Of a stretch of 64,000 nt of DNA, positions 11,004 through 20,859 are shown piece after piece. A model generated the notes under the pieces. It did not search any database and was not told where the DNA came from. It saw only the letters and a list, made by a program, of their open reading frames with translations. A program made the translations under genes and the position numbers. The stretch lies in the sequence record NC_054902.1. The stretch is one strand, 5' to 3'. Every line of letters starts with the position of its first letter. The stretch's first letter is position 1. Source of the DNA: Enterobacteria phage Aplg8.

Positions 11004-11153
11004 TTACTGCATGACTGTGATAACTGTCATGATAACACGTTGAATTCCGAACGCAAGAAGACCTCCTGCTACGGCTGGAACAACACCTAAACCCGCCAGT
11101 AAAATGCTACCGGATACTAATGCAGCGCTTGTAATACCTATGAATGGACTCAT
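11004..11153 (-). CDS. Small hydrophobic protein, 49 aa
   Basis: ATG overlaps the gene 52 TGA (ATGA); product MSPFIGITSAALVSGSILLAGLGVVPAVAGGLLAFGIQ... is entirely hydrophobic. Not in the ORF track (under 60 aa). Confidence 0.35.
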   Translation of the reverse strand: MSPFIGITSAALVSGSILLAGLGVVPAVAGGLLAFGIQRVIMTVITVMQ

Positions 11154-12478
11154 TTGATTTCCTCTAAATCTTTAGTGTATTCGGTAACTACATCAGTAGT
11201 TTTCCAATATTCGTTTTCTTCTTTCTTAGCTTTAGCTTCTTCAGCAAGTTTCTTTGCTTCGTCGGAAGTCATATGAAAAATATTCATTCCGACTAGTTTA
11301 TCAACATAAGAAGAATACATCTCAATTTTAGAAAGTTCTTCGGTCAGTTCTTTACGAGTTTTACCTTGAACAACAATTTCACCTGAAATTACTTTCTTAA
11401 TGAAATGTGCCTTGGCAAAGGCTAAACGAAAAGCTGACTCAGTTTCTTTGATTTTGTTATCAATTCGTTTTTGGACATAAGTTTTACGAACTTCAACAAA
11501 GTCTTTAATTAAATCAACTACGTTATCGTAAACTTGCAGTTTTCCTTTCTCATTAATGACGGTAATATTCTGAGAACGACGCTCAATCAACCCGAAGTCT
11601 TTCATAATTTTTGCATGGCGTTCTTCTTCATTATCGCTCAAAGAATATTCTTTACGGAATTTAACTTTGAATCCAAAACCATGCTCACCACAAGCATCAT
11701 CCCATGTAATGAAGCCTTTATCTTCAAGTGGGTCTAAGATTTTACTCACATAAGTTTCACGATCATACTTATACGGAATCTCAGTGATATGCATTTGAGT
11801 TCGTGAAGTAAACTTATATGTTCCACGAATTTCATATTGCCCATCAATTTCAACGACTTCACCACGAAATTCTGGGAATTCTACCTTCGGTTTAGTTACT
11901 TTCTTTCCTTGAAGAGCTTGCAGTACAGCTTTCTTAACAGAAGAAACACTATGAGGAAGAATGTAAGTTGCATAACCAGTTGCAATACCGGAAACGCCAT
12001 TAAGAAGAACAGTAGGAATAATAGGCAAATAGAAAGCAGGCGGAATGTGTTCTTTATCTTGATGTACCGGAGCATATTCAGTATCTTTATATACGTTATA
12101 GAAATTTTTACTTACACGAGCAAAAATATAACGACTTGCTGCTGCTTTTTGGACGGTACGAGAACCGAAGTTTCCTTGACCATCTAACAAAGGAAAGTTA
12201 TTATTCCAAGTGTTAGCCATCAAAGCCCCCGCATCTTGTGCAGAGTTTTCACCATGGTGATATCCAAGGTCCGCTACACCACCTGCAATAGAAGCGAGTT
12301 TGTGAAACTTATCTTTATTTCCTCGTGCCAAATCAAGAGCTCGAGCAATAACAAATCGTTGAACTGGCTTAAATCCATCAATCATATTTGGAATAGCACG
12401 ATTTTCAACCGTGTACATAGCATAAGCCAATGCTTCATTATCAATGATACTTTTTAAATCGCGATTATTCAGTTGCAT
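11150..12478 (-). CDS. 52: DNA topoisomerase II medium subunit gp52 (GyrA-like)
   Basis: 442 aa, same as T4 gp52; GyrA-like N-terminus. Confidence 0.9.
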   Translation of the reverse strand: MQLNNRDLKSIIDNEALAYAMYTVENRAIPNMIDGFKPVQRFVIARALDLARGNKDKFHKLASIAGGVADLGYHHGENSAQDAGALMANTWNNNFPLLDGQGNFGSRTVQKAAASRYIFARVSKNFYNVYKDTEYAPVHQDKEHIPPAFYLPIIPTVLLNGVSGIATGYATYILPHSVSSVKKAVLQALQGKKVTKPKVEFPEFRGEVVEIDGQYEIRGTYKFTSRTQMHITEIPYKYDRETYVSKILDPLEDKGFITWDDACGEHGFGFKVKFRKEYSLSDNEEERHAKIMKDFGLIERRSQNITVINEKGKLQVYDNVVDLIKDFVEVRKTYVQKRIDNKIKETESAFRLAFAKAHFIKKVISGEIVVQGKTRKELTEELSKIEMYSSYVDKLVGMNIFHMTSDEAKKLAEEAKAKKEENEYWKTTDVVTEYTKDLEEIK

Positions 12479-12482
12479 AAAT

Positions 12483-12623
12483 TTACCATACTAGTGAATG
12501 TAGTGCCATAATAACATCAGAAATGAAAAGCACGACTTGAATTAATCCAAACATTACTCCATAATATAGTGCTATTAATAAAATAGCAAGGGCTAATGAA
12601 TAGCCCAAGATTTTCTTAATCAT
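12483..12623 (-). CDS. Small membrane protein, 46 aa
   Basis: Hydrophobic ORF immediately upstream of gene 52; not in the ORF track. Confidence 0.3.
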   Translation of the reverse strand: MIKKILGYSLALAILLIALYYGVMFGLIQVVLFISDVIMALHSLVW

Positions 12624-12774
12624 TAGTAGATAACAACACAAATGTTAAATATGCACACATACCCTGAGCTAAAGCTTGCGAAAACACACTGCTGGCATCA
12701 ATACAGATAGTTAAAACACATGCTACTATCCAACAAATAAATGAAATAACTCCTAATAATTTTGCAATATTCAT
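12616..12774 (-). CDS. ac-like small membrane protein, paralogue 1
   Basis: About 52 aa from internal Met (MNIAKLLGVISFICW...SVFSQALAQG...); T4 has ac next to stp. Confidence 0.4.
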   Translation of the reverse strand: MNIAKLLGVISFICWIVACVLTICIDASSVFSQALAQGMCAYLTFVLLSTND

Positions 12775-12784
12775 AATATTCTCC

Positions 12785-12940
12785 TCAACTATTTTTAGAA
12801 CCAATGTACGCGAATAATGATAAAATCGCTAATACGCCCTGAGCTGATGCTTGCAAAAATACTGAAGTTTCTCCAGTTATTACTGTTCCGATGCATAAAA
12901 AGAACCAACAGAAAAAGGCTATACCGTGAACAAATTTCAT
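12785..12940 (-). CDS. ac-like small membrane protein, paralogue 2
   Basis: 51 aa (MKFVHGIAFFCWFFLCIG...SVFLQASAQG...), clear paralogue of the 12616-12774 ORF; not in the ORF track. Confidence 0.4.
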   Translation of the reverse strand: MKFVHGIAFFCWFFLCIGTVITGETSVFLQASAQGVLAILSLFAYIGSKNS

Positions 12941-12947
12941 ATTTTCC

Positions 12948-13028
12948 TCACTGGCGTCCGAAGACGCCTTTGGTTTTAAGATTGTTACGATAGAACTGCA
13001 TCACGTGTTCGTTGTGGAAATTACTCAT
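12948..13028 (-). CDS. stp: Stp peptide (activator of the host PrrC anticodon nuclease, anti-restriction of EcoprrI)
   Basis: 26-aa [29 protein letters not shown] matches T4 Stp as I recall it; lies between ndd and ac-like as in T4. Not in the ORF track. Confidence 0.7.
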
Positions 13029-13486
13029 TAATATGCCTGCAAAACGAATTTAAAGTTATCAGCCAACATACGGTTCATTTCTTCAAGTGTTTGATACTCA
13101 GAATGATGATTACGAGTAAACGCCAAAGCTAACTGACCTTTACCAAATCCTGTCGTCAGAGGTTTCATCTTAGAAGCAGGCAGATAAAATACTGTGTATG
13201 GAACATTGTTATTTGCAATAGTACGTGCAAGCTGAGACCGACGTTGACGAATATGACTTAGAACTGCACTGAATCCTTGCTTAGAACGCTGATTACCTAC
13301 ATAAAATCGTGCAGACACGCATGGATTACTAAATGGACGACCATCTAATTTACTTACTAAAAAGTAAAATCCAGGTTTAGATAAAATATCTTTATGCGGA
13401 GTTCCCAAAAACCATTCACCACCCTTGATTGTACCAATAACAGTAGCACCTGCGTTGTTCAGATCAGTAACAGTCATATATTTCAT
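13028..13486 (-). CDS. ndd: Ndd nucleoid-disruption protein
   Basis: About 152 aa from [13 protein letters not shown]...; Shine-Dalgarno GAGGAAA precedes this Met; T4 position and size. Confidence 0.7.
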
Positions 13487-13544
13487 ATTAATTTCCTCTA
13501 AATTATTTTCTACTCCAAGGCCGCATGAATACGCGGCCATTAAA

Positions 13545-13760
13545 TTAATCGTCACAGTCGACGCTCAATTCCCAAAACTCTTCTACGGTATAAGTTTCAG
13601 TATCATTTTCAATACAGAAACGTTCATTACTGTTATTTGCTAAAGTAGCATTAACTGTCGGTTTCTCGCTAGTGCTCTTAAGAGGTGAAATACGAATTAA
13701 CTGATCACCGTTATCTAAACAGAAAATTTCACCAACTTTTACATCTTTAAAACTTTTCAT
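13545..13760 (-). CDS. Hypothetical protein, 71 aa
   Basis: ORF upstream of ndd, co-oriented. Confidence 0.4.
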   Translation of the reverse strand: MKSFKDVKVGEIFCLDNGDQLIRISPLKSTSEKPTVNATLANNSNERFCIENDTETYTVEEFWELSVDCDD

Positions 13761-13875
13761 AATTCACCTCAAGGAGTATAAAATCCAAATGCAGTTGTTG
13801 ACCATCCCATCCAATACGGAAAATTTGCACCAATGTAAAACATAAGAATATAAAACCAAATGTTTAGTAAATTCA

Positions 13876-14073
13876 TCATTTTACACCATTCCAAATTGTT
13901 TCAACTACGGATTTTAAACCATTTTGATGAATATCCATTCCGACTACCGCCATCAAATAGATTCCAACTACAACTGAACCTAAGGCAAAAATCAGCATGA
14001 AAATGAATAAAGCCGGAAAAATATTATCGAAAAACCATTCAATAAATGTAAAAGCACTGCGTTTACGCTTCAT
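13876..14073 (-). CDS. Small membrane protein
   Basis: Hydrophobic ORF (…FFDNIFPALFIFMLIFALGSVVVGIYLMAVVG…). Confidence 0.35.
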   Translation of the reverse strand: MKRKRSAFTFIEWFFDNIFPALFIFMLIFALGSVVVGIYLMAVVGMDIHQNGLKSVVETIWNGVK

Positions 14074-14080
14074 ATTTTCC

Positions 14081-14194
14081 TCACATAAATCCAAAGTAAA
14101 CGTTTAATACATCAATCATTAAAACGATTGGGAATATACTCAAAACTACTAGTATTATAACTACATTCCATATAGCTTTAACAATCTTTTTCAT
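14081..14194 (-). CDS. Small membrane protein, 37 aa
   Basis: MKKIVKAIWNVVIILVVLSIFPIVLMIDVLNVYFGFM with GGAGG ribosome-binding site; the ORF-track 82-aa version extends over the promoter. Confidence 0.35.
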   Translation of the reverse strand: MKKIVKAIWNVVIILVVLSIFPIVLMIDVLNVYFGFM

Positions 14195-14214
14195 TTTCTG
14201 TTCCTCCGTAGTTG

Positions 14215-14260
14215 ATAGGGTAATAGTACCACGGAAGAACAGTCTTGTAAACAACTTTTT
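14215..14260 (-). promoter_or_regulatory. T4 early promoter
   Basis: - strand GTTTAC, spacer, GGTACTATTAC; GGAGG ribosome-binding site and ATG follow. Confidence 0.55.
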
Positions 14261-14437
14261 TAAAAATATTCGTAATAAATGTGAATACCAACTACTACCG
14301 CTGAAACCTGTGCAACCCACCACGCACAAGCAATAAGTACAGAATTCAAAATTTTCATAATAACCTCATCACAAAAGTAAATGTTAAACAAATTACTGGA
14401 ATACTAATTAACCAAACAAAACACCACCATAGTGAAC

Positions 14438-14701
14438 TCATAACTCAATCTCAGCGATTTTCATTTCATTACTATTAATAGCCGCTTTAAGACTATCTGA
14501 AAGAATTACATTCCAGTGGTCATTCATATGACCATTAACTAAGCGTGTAATTTCTTCAGGAGTTGAAAAATAAGGCTGATCAGACTCCCAATGCGATAAT
14601 CCTAAGCGAGTATAAATCATGCCTTCATCATCACTAGAATATTCAACTGACACAAACTCATCAGTTATTTTATGTTTAGCGTAATAAAATTTAAATTTCA
14701 T
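14438..14701 (-). CDS. Hypothetical protein, 87 aa
   Basis: Start at MKFKFYYAK... with GGAGAATAAAA ribosome-binding site; downstream of denB. Confidence 0.4.
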   Translation of the reverse strand: MKFKFYYAKHKITDEFVSVEYSSDDEGMIYTRLGLSHWESDQPYFSTPEEITRLVNGHMNDHWNVILSDSLKAAINSNEMKIAEIEL

Positions 14702-14724
14702 TTTATTCTCCAAATCCGTATCAG

Positions 14725-14770
14725 TTGATAGTTGTATAGTACCACGGTCCTTGTGGTACGTAAACTGTTT
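14725..14770 (-). promoter_or_regulatory. T4 early promoter
   Basis: - strand GTTTAC, 17 bp, GGTACTATAC. Confidence 0.55.
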
Positions 14771-14781
14771 TGTGAAATTTT

Positions 14782-15339
14782 TTAAATGGAAAGATACCAT
14801 CCGTTGTAGTTGCTTTTTCTTACAACCCTACGAAGGTCTTCTCTGTCACCGATGAACTTCGGAGTGTACTGGATGACACCTGGATGAATTTCTTTAGTGT
14901 TGAATATAATTATACAGTCAGCGACTTGATGATTTAGAATGGGCCCTAGATTTATTCCAGAACCATATGGATACTCTCCGCTGCATCCTGTTGTTACCGA
15001 AATCCAACGTGAGTCAGTTTGATGTGTCTTAACTTCTACGCGAAGCCCGCAATATTTTGGATGCGCCAATACATCCCATGCATATGTGTACGGATCATCG
15101 ACATCTTCTTGGCCTTTATTGACATATCCGCTTAGCCAATCTGCCACAAAAAACTCTGCGTACACAGCGATACGGCATCTTTCGATAACTTCTGCCTTAT
15201 CCTGGTTCGGGTTTTGTTTTAAAGAGTATCTTACAGTATCAGCAATTTTGACCTTCATTTCATTGGTTAAATCGCTGTTCGATAGAGTAAATGTCGGAAT
15301 CTGAAATAGTCTCTGTAACCCAGGATTCGTTTTCTGCAT
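14782..15339 (-). CDS. denB: DenB endonuclease IV-like (dC-specific ssDNA endonuclease)
   Basis: 185 aa, same as T4 DenB; position between rIIB and ndd. Confidence 0.6.
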   Translation of the reverse strand: MQKTNPGLQRLFQIPTFTLSNSDLTNEMKVKIADTVRYSLKQNPNQDKAEVIERCRIAVYAEFFVADWLSGYVNKGQEDVDDPYTYAWDVLAHPKYCGLRVEVKTHQTDSRWISVTTGCSGEYPYGSGINLGPILNHQVADCIIIFNTKEIHPGVIQYTPKFIGDREDLRRVVRKSNYNGWYLSI

Positions 15340-15402
15340 TTAAACTTTCCTTTATGTCGGAATCACTGATATTCATATAAATCATAATTTCTCTTAAAAC
15401 AA

Positions 15403-15420
15403 AAGGGCCGAAGCCCCTTA
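15403..15420 (-). terminator. GC-rich tetraloop hairpin and U-run
   Basis: gggccgaagcccc followed on the - strand by a U-run. Confidence 0.45.
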
Positions 15421-15422
15421 TT

Positions 15423-15617
15423 TTATTTGAATTGTGCAATTCTTTTCTCTAGACACTCAGCATAAGATTTCATTGAGATGAACTGTGAAAGCAGCAGTTC
15501 TTGCTCAACTGCACTAACCGTTAGAAACTTTGTGCTTTCTAAAAATTTGCTCAGTGCATTAATTTTGAGCATTAATTGATCGTATTCTTCTTTTACTCGT
15601 GCTTGATAACCTAACAT
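15423..15617 (-). CDS. Hypothetical protein, 64 aa
   Basis: ORF between rIIB and denB. Confidence 0.4.
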   Translation of the reverse strand: MLGYQARVKEEYDQLMLKINALSKFLESTKFLTVSAVEQELLLSQFISMKSYAECLEKRIAQFK

Positions 15618-15632
15618 AATTTTCCTTAGTTA

Positions 15633-15648
15633 AGGGCCGAAGCCCTTA
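15633..15648 (-). terminator. GC-rich tetraloop hairpin at the 3' end of rIIB
   Basis: agggccgaagccct overlapping the rIIB stop. Confidence 0.4.
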
Positions 15649-16584
15649 TTTAAATTGTTCAGTAACGTCTTCAACTACTTCGTATTGGCAGGTACGCATT
15701 TTAGCATCGTTGTAATCAATCGGAATTGATACTACATCACGTGGATGTACTTTAACTTTTACAACTCGGCTAGTTGAACTGCCAAAGTGACGAATATAAG
15801 ATTTAGAACACACATGCAGACCACGAGAACAAGTTTGTGTATCATCGTCATTCACACGAGTACGCGGCATTTTAACTACTTTACCAGGACTGTTATCAAA
15901 GGTGTTTGAGTGACAGTCAAAGTAGTTGTCACGAACTACTTTCCAAGCATAGAAGTAACCATCTTCTGTAATTTCAATATCGTTTGCTACCAAGAAATCA
16001 AAGAGTCGAGATACCGCTTTCTGGCTTGGGTTTTCCAGCAGATTTTCCAAGAACGGAAAATAAAATTCAAAGTTTTCACCTTTTTCCATCGAATCGAGAA
16101 TACGATCAACTAAACCAGACCGTAATTCGATATTTTGATAGAACAAGCTTCCGCCTTCAATTCGAACATCGCCGGAAATATATTTTTCAACAGCGCGACG
16201 AACATTAATTTTTTGTGCCGCTTCTTCCAGCTTATCCGCTACAAGCAGATTAAGAATTTCCTGGAAGTTTGAATGAGTATTAGGAGTTGCGTTATAAGTT
16301 ACACCGTCAACAGTAATTGAAATGAATTTTTTAGATGCATTCCAAATAATGTCAGATTTAGCAACTGGAGCAATAACTTCATCGCTATTAACTTTAACTG
16401 TAATATCACCGCTAATAGTAACTTTAGGGTGTTTAGCTTCTTCAGCATTTTTCAAAACACGACGGATTGTGTCAACCGATACATCCTTCCAATAAGCTAA
16501 TTCCTGCTGAGTGTAATTACCGCTTGAATACAGTTTAACAATTTCAGCTTGTTCGTTTTTGGTCAGGCATTTAATATTGTACAT
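15646..16584 (-). CDS. rIIB: rIIB rapid-lysis/membrane integrity protein
   Basis: 312 aa, same as T4 rIIB; MYNIKCLTKNEQAEIVKLY... Confidence 0.9.
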   Translation of the reverse strand: MYNIKCLTKNEQAEIVKLYSSGNYTQQELAYWKDVSVDTIRRVLKNAEEAKHPKVTISGDITVKVNSDEVIAPVAKSDIIWNASKKFISITVDGVTYNATPNTHSNFQEILNLLVADKLEEAAQKINVRRAVEKYISGDVRIEGGSLFYQNIELRSGLVDRILDSMEKGENFEFYFPFLENLLENPSQKAVSRLFDFLVANDIEITEDGYFYAWKVVRDNYFDCHSNTFDNSPGKVVKMPRTRVNDDDTQTCSRGLHVCSKSYIRHFGSSTSRVVKVKVHPRDVVSIPIDYNDAKMRTCQYEVVEDVTEQFK

Positions 16585-16595
16585 AATTTTCCTTA

Positions 16596-18773
16596 TTAGG
16601 CCGCAAGGGCCTTCATAGTTTTAGCGATTTGGGAAACTTCATCATCACTTAAAGAACTGCGATATCCGATGAAGTCGGAAACAATACGGAATTTCTTGGT
16701 AAACTCAGCAACCATTTTATCACTGTTTTTTGAAGCATTATTTGATAATACATCAAAAAGATTAGTTACTGTCCAGATGTCATGACCGATGGTATCTTTT
16801 CCACCATTAAAATATACACCGCGCAATGAACTAACTATATTAGCGAGTCGTGTATATTCTTCAGAAACTTCATCTGTACTGAAGTACTTCATCATAAAAT
16901 CTAGTTCAGGATACTTGATAATTTTATCAATATATCGTTGAGCTGAACTTGAATAACCTACATACTTATCATAATCTACATCATCAAAAGCATCTACATA
17001 TAAATCACGCAAAGCTTCAAAAATACATTGGCACTGACCAAGCTCTTTTACCTTTTTCTGCAAAAGCGGACGAATAACATAAAATTCATTAATGCCAATA
17101 AGATTAGCCATACGAATCAAAATATTCATAGATGGATGACAAAGTGATGTAGTACCATCCATAGAGAAAATATCAGAACGATGCATATACGCTACATAAC
17201 CAGTAATTTCATCTGCTTCTGACGTAAGTGTAAATAGTTCCTCTTTTTCCCAGCGCCCGTCTTTAATTTCAAACTTAAATGCTGTAGCAGCTTTAGGACG
17301 AGGAGCTTTACTTTTAACTACCTTTGGAATATAGCTTTTAACTAAAGCTTCAATTTCTGACAAATAATGAATGTTAACTTCATCACTTTCAAACATCGCC
17401 ATAATATCAGGAAGTAAATCAATCTGCGATTCTACTTCTGGGTTAATAAACAAAAGGCGTTCGTTATGATGAATATTCAAAGTGTTATTAAATTCACTAT
17501 CATCTAACGCATGTGCTAATCCACGAACAATATTAACACGATTTTTAATATTATCAATAACGATATTAATTTTTGTTGTATTAATACCAAACAGACGATA
17601 ACTTGATGCAACGGCTGAAGTTTCATGACTTTGCTTAATGCGCTTCAGTCGAGGGTCAAGATTTACTTCATACACAACTCCTGCATTGCATAACTTACTG
17701 TCAGGTTCAAACATGCTCTGCATCTTTTTATATGACAGATTTTTAGTCGTGAATTTGACTGAATTACTAATCATATAATCTCGAGCAGAATACCCCATCT
17801 TCATTAATTCACGATATGTGTGACGAGGAGATGTAGATTCTTTAAATCGTTTTACATCTTCATTAAATGCTTTCTCACTAAGCTCTTTAACTCGTTCAAT
17901 AATATTTTTACGAGTGCGATCATCTAATGAAAGAGCTTCACGTGATGGAGCAATATCAAGTGAACCCATTGGAAATTTAATGTAATTCACTTCATTACGA
18001 ATGCTTAGCCAGTTACGGTCTCTAATAACACCATCGATAGGATAAACAATACCACCATAGATAGCATATAATCCACCACGATCAGGCCAGTATCTTTCTG
18101 GATTTACACCGTAATAGTCATCAAAATCCGGAAAATAGTCAATTTCACGGTCAAGACCATTAATGATAGCCAAATCTTTGAACGGCCGCATGATATAAGA
18201 AACTTCATAAGCAAAGTTTCTAAAGTCTTTTTCTTCAACTGGAACTACGATTTCAATACCAGTTTTATCATCTGGACCCATTTCTTTTACGAATGTAGGT
18301 TTAATCTGTGGTCCATCGCCATCCATGTAAGCTACATAACCACGAATTTCACCTTTATGATACGAAGTAATACTAAATGTATCAGTATAACTAAACGGAG
18401 ATTTAGAACCTAAACCAAACCCGCCAATAAAGTCATTAGATTCAGCCTTAGATGAACTGAAGTATGAATTATACAGACCAGGAGAATTATCATCACCCTG
18501 AATATCAAAATCACTCATACCCGGACCAAAATCTCGACAAACAAATCGTGGATCTAATCGTCCTGGAACTTGAATGATAAATTTTTCAGGATTTCCATTA
18601 AGTGCATGAGCATCAATCATGTTAGTAATCAATTCACGGACTACTGCGCGAATCTTGTTTGTATACAAATCAGATGACAGAATTTTAAATACTTTAGGAT
18701 TTGCTGCGATGCTAAATGCTTTTGATTTAGAACCATTGCCAAGAATTGTTTCTTTTTCAGTGGTGATAATCAT
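16596..18773 (-). CDS. rIIA: rIIA protein
   Basis: 725 aa, same as T4 rIIA; MIITTEKE... N-terminus with a GHKL-ATPase-like motif ([10 protein letters not shown]...DFGPGMS). Confidence 0.9.
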   Translation of the reverse strand: MIITTEKETILGNGSKSKAFSIAANPKVFKILSSDLYTNKIRAVVRELITNMIDAHALNGNPEKFIIQVPGRLDPRFVCRDFGPGMSDFDIQGDDNSPGLYNSYFSSSKAESNDFIGGFGLGSKSPFSYTDTFSITSYHKGEIRGYVAYMDGDGPQIKPTFVKEMGPDDKTGIEIVVPVEEKDFRNFAYEVSYIMRPFKDLAIINGLDREIDYFPDFDDYYGVNPERYWPDRGGLYAIYGGIVYPIDGVIRDRNWLSIRNEVNYIKFPMGSLDIAPSREALSLDDRTRKNIIERVKELSEKAFNEDVKRFKESTSPRHTYRELMKMGYSARDYMISNSVKFTTKNLSYKKMQSMFEPDSKLCNAGVVYEVNLDPRLKRIKQSHETSAVASSYRLFGINTTKINIVIDNIKNRVNIVRGLAHALDDSEFNNTLNIHHNERLLFINPEVESQIDLLPDIMAMFESDEVNIHYLSEIEALVKSYIPKVVKSKAPRPKAATAFKFEIKDGRWEKEELFTLTSEADEITGYVAYMHRSDIFSMDGTTSLCHPSMNILIRMANLIGINEFYVIRPLLQKKVKELGQCQCIFEALRDLYVDAFDDVDYDKYVGYSSSAQRYIDKIIKYPELDFMMKYFSTDEVSEEYTRLANIVSSLRGVYFNGGKDTIGHDIWTVTNLFDVLSNNASKNSDKMVAEFTKKFRIVSDFIGYRSSLSDDEVSQIAKTMKALAA

Positions 18774-18783
18774 AATTTCCTCA

Positions 18784-18987
18784 TTAATTCATATTACGCT
18801 TAATAACTTCAGCAACTTCTAGTAGTTCATCTTTAGTTGCGGTGTCTGATTGAATTTTATCTCTAATATCCTTAAAGCGGTTTTTAAACTCTTCGGCTTC
18901 TCCCATATCGAAAAAGCGTTGAATGATTCTATATTCTCGATGAACTGCTTTATCAAAAAGTTCTAAATTTACTTTATATGATTTCAT
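18784..18987 (-). CDS. rIIA.1-like hypothetical protein, 67 aa
   Basis: Small ORF immediately upstream of rIIA. Confidence 0.45.
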   Translation of the reverse strand: MKSYKVNLELFDKAVHREYRIIQRFFDMGEAEEFKNRFKDIRDKIQSDTATKDELLEVAEVIKRNMN

Positions 18988-19004
18988 TTCAATATCCTCA
19001 TTTG

Positions 19005-19045
19005 CCCAATTAATTATACCACATCCTTGTGGTAAAGTAAACTAC
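19005..19045 (-). promoter_or_regulatory. T4 early promoter
   Basis: - strand GTTTAC (19037-19042) and -10-like GGTATAATTA. Confidence 0.45.
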
Positions 19046-20859
19046 TGGCTCATCCATTCTTTGCGAAGGTCAGCATTATCTCCCATGAGCATTTCAAAAA
19101 GCTCTTTCCAGTTCTCAGGAAGTTTAACAACATCATATACTGGATTTTGAATCATCTCACGATATTCAGATTTTTCCAAAGAGCCAAGTCCTTTAATATA
19201 ACGGATGCTATGTTTAGGTAGAGCATCTTTGGCACTCTCATATTCAGCGACTGTATAAAACCATTCTTGTTTTTTACCGACCTGAGCGATGATTACAGGA
19301 GTTTTGACAAAGCGAATTCGTCCTTGCTCAAACAATTCTGGCCAATTACTAAAAAACCCGAGCAGAGAAGGATAAATGCTTCCTAGACCATCATGGTCAG
19401 CATCAGTCATAATAGCAATATTGCGATAATTCAAGTTTTCAGCTTTTTCACCAAGAACTAGACCAGTGATTGCGCAAATATCAAATAGTTCTTTGTTTTT
19501 AAGCATATCGGCATATGACATACCCCAGCTATTAAGAACTTTACCGCGCAATGGATAACCACCATGAAGTTCTTTATCGCGAACATCAATAAGATATCCG
19601 ATAGCTGAATCACCCTCAGTCAAGAACAATGTAGTGTCAGCATCTTTACCGCAAAGATTCGCTTTGATATGTTTGTGAACCTTAGCTTTAGAAGCCTTTT
19701 TAGCTGCTTTAGTTTCTGCTGCTTTTTCTGCCGCCAATTTACGAGCCAAAGCAGCTTCAATAATCGGCATTAAAATTGCTTCATTATTTAGAATAGCGCG
19801 TGAAATCTTTTTAGCATCAAGTTGAATATGACTACGGATTTCACCAAATGGAGAAGTCAAACGCTCTTTAGTTTGAGAATCAAATCGCATGTTTTTCATA
19901 TCACGAACAAACATAACGATAGTCAAACATTCTTTGACACGCGCTTTGGTTACATCAATTTTGAACTTACGTTTGATTTGTGGAATAAGGTCTTCACAAA
20001 TATCATCCATAACACAGTCAATGTGATGGCCACCATTCTTAGTATGAATGTTATTGACGTATGTTAATTGACGAAAACCATCCGGTGAACGACCAACCGC
20101 AATAGAACAATTTTCTTGTTCTTGAACGATAGCATGTTCATCATATTGGCGTGCGTATTTCTTAAAATTACCCTGAACCTTTTTACCATTAAAGGTAAAT
20201 TGAATATCAGGATAAACAACAGCAAGTGTTTGGAGACGATCTAGTGTAATGTCAAGATAAACTTGGGACAGCTCATTAGTTTCAAATGACATAAAATCAG
20301 GAATGAAAGTAACACGAGTTCCTTTCCATTTTCCAGGAATATCTTCCCATGATTTATTTTCCATGCCATTTGAGCAACGAACTACAATATTATTTTGACC
20401 ATCGCCAGTTTCACCGACAAACATCACAGAAAAAATGTTTGTCAAACTAGAACCAACACCGTTCATACCGCCAGTGACGCGTTCTTTATCATCACCGAAG
20501 TTACCACCTGCTTTTGGAATAGTCCATGCGGCAACAGGACCAGGAATTTCTTCACCGGTAGGTGTTTTAACCATCGCTTGTGGAATACCGCGACCGTTAT
20601 CTTCAACTGTTACTTGATTGTTTTTAATAGTAACATTAATTTTATTTGCGAATTTAAACTTAGTACGAATACCTTCATCTACTGAGTTATCGATAATTTC
20701 ATCAATAAGCTTAACAAGACCAGGTACATACTGAACACTTTCCCATTTACCAAACAGAAAGCGCTCATGCATTTCATTAGCAGAAGAGCCAATGTACATG
20801 CCACTACGCTTTTTGATATGTTCAATATCGCTCAGAATTTTAATTTCATTCTTAATCAT
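19042..20859 (-). CDS. 39: DNA topoisomerase II large subunit gp39 (GyrB-like), uninterrupted
   Basis: 605-606 aa single ORF; MIKNEIKILSDIEHIKKRSGMYIGSS... ATPase N-terminus and Toprim-like C-terminal region in one reading frame. Confidence 0.9.
   Translation of the reverse strand: MIKNEIKILSDIEHIKKRSGMYIGSSANEMHERFLFGKWESVQYVPGLVKLIDEIIDNSVDEGIRTKFKFANKINVTIKNNQVTVEDNGRGIPQAMVKTPTGEEIPGPVAAWTIPKAGGNFGDDKERVTGGMNGVGSSLTNIFSVMFVGETGDGQNNIVVRCSNGMENKSWEDIPGKWKGTRVTFIPDFMSFETNELSQVYLDITLDRLQTLAVVYPDIQFTFNGKKVQGNFKKYARQYDEHAIVQEQENCSIAVGRSPDGFRQLTYVNNIHTKNGGHHIDCVMDDICEDLIPQIKRKFKIDVTKARVKECLTIVMFVRDMKNMRFDSQTKERLTSPFGEIRSHIQLDAKKISRAILNNEAILMPIIEAALARKLAAEKAAETKAAKKASKAKVHKHIKANLCGKDADTTLFLTEGDSAIGYLIDVRDKELHGGYPLRGKVLNSWGMSYADMLKNKELFDICAITGLVLGEKAENLNYRNIAIMTDADHDGLGSIYPSLLGFFSNWPELFEQGRIRFVKTPVIIAQVGKKQEWFYTVAEYESAKDALPKHSIRYIKGLGSLEKSEYREMIQNPVYDVVKLPENWKELFEMLMGDNADLRKEWMSQ

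Noticed and set aside
13519-13538. Palindrome ggccgc-atgaatac-gcggcc upstream of ndd as a possible operator or restriction-like site
   Set aside because: Single copy, short stem, no partner site. It is most simply an RNA hairpin in the ndd leader; there is insufficient evidence for a regulatory protein-binding site.
16584-16596. rIIB/rIIA junction (conventional T4 map origin) as a genome end or packaging site
   Set aside because: The sequence is continuous with a 12-bp intergenic spacer; the position reflects only map convention for a circularly permuted genome.
1468-20685. Short antisense ORFs nested inside large genes (for example 1468-1725, 3188-3391, 4639-4827, 11837-12187, 18619-18822, 20395-20685)
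   Set aside because: They lie fully within and opposite or out of frame to well-supported conserved genes (34, 36, 37, 52, rIIA, 39), lack ribosome-binding sites, and are typical spurious ORFs in AT-rich DNA.
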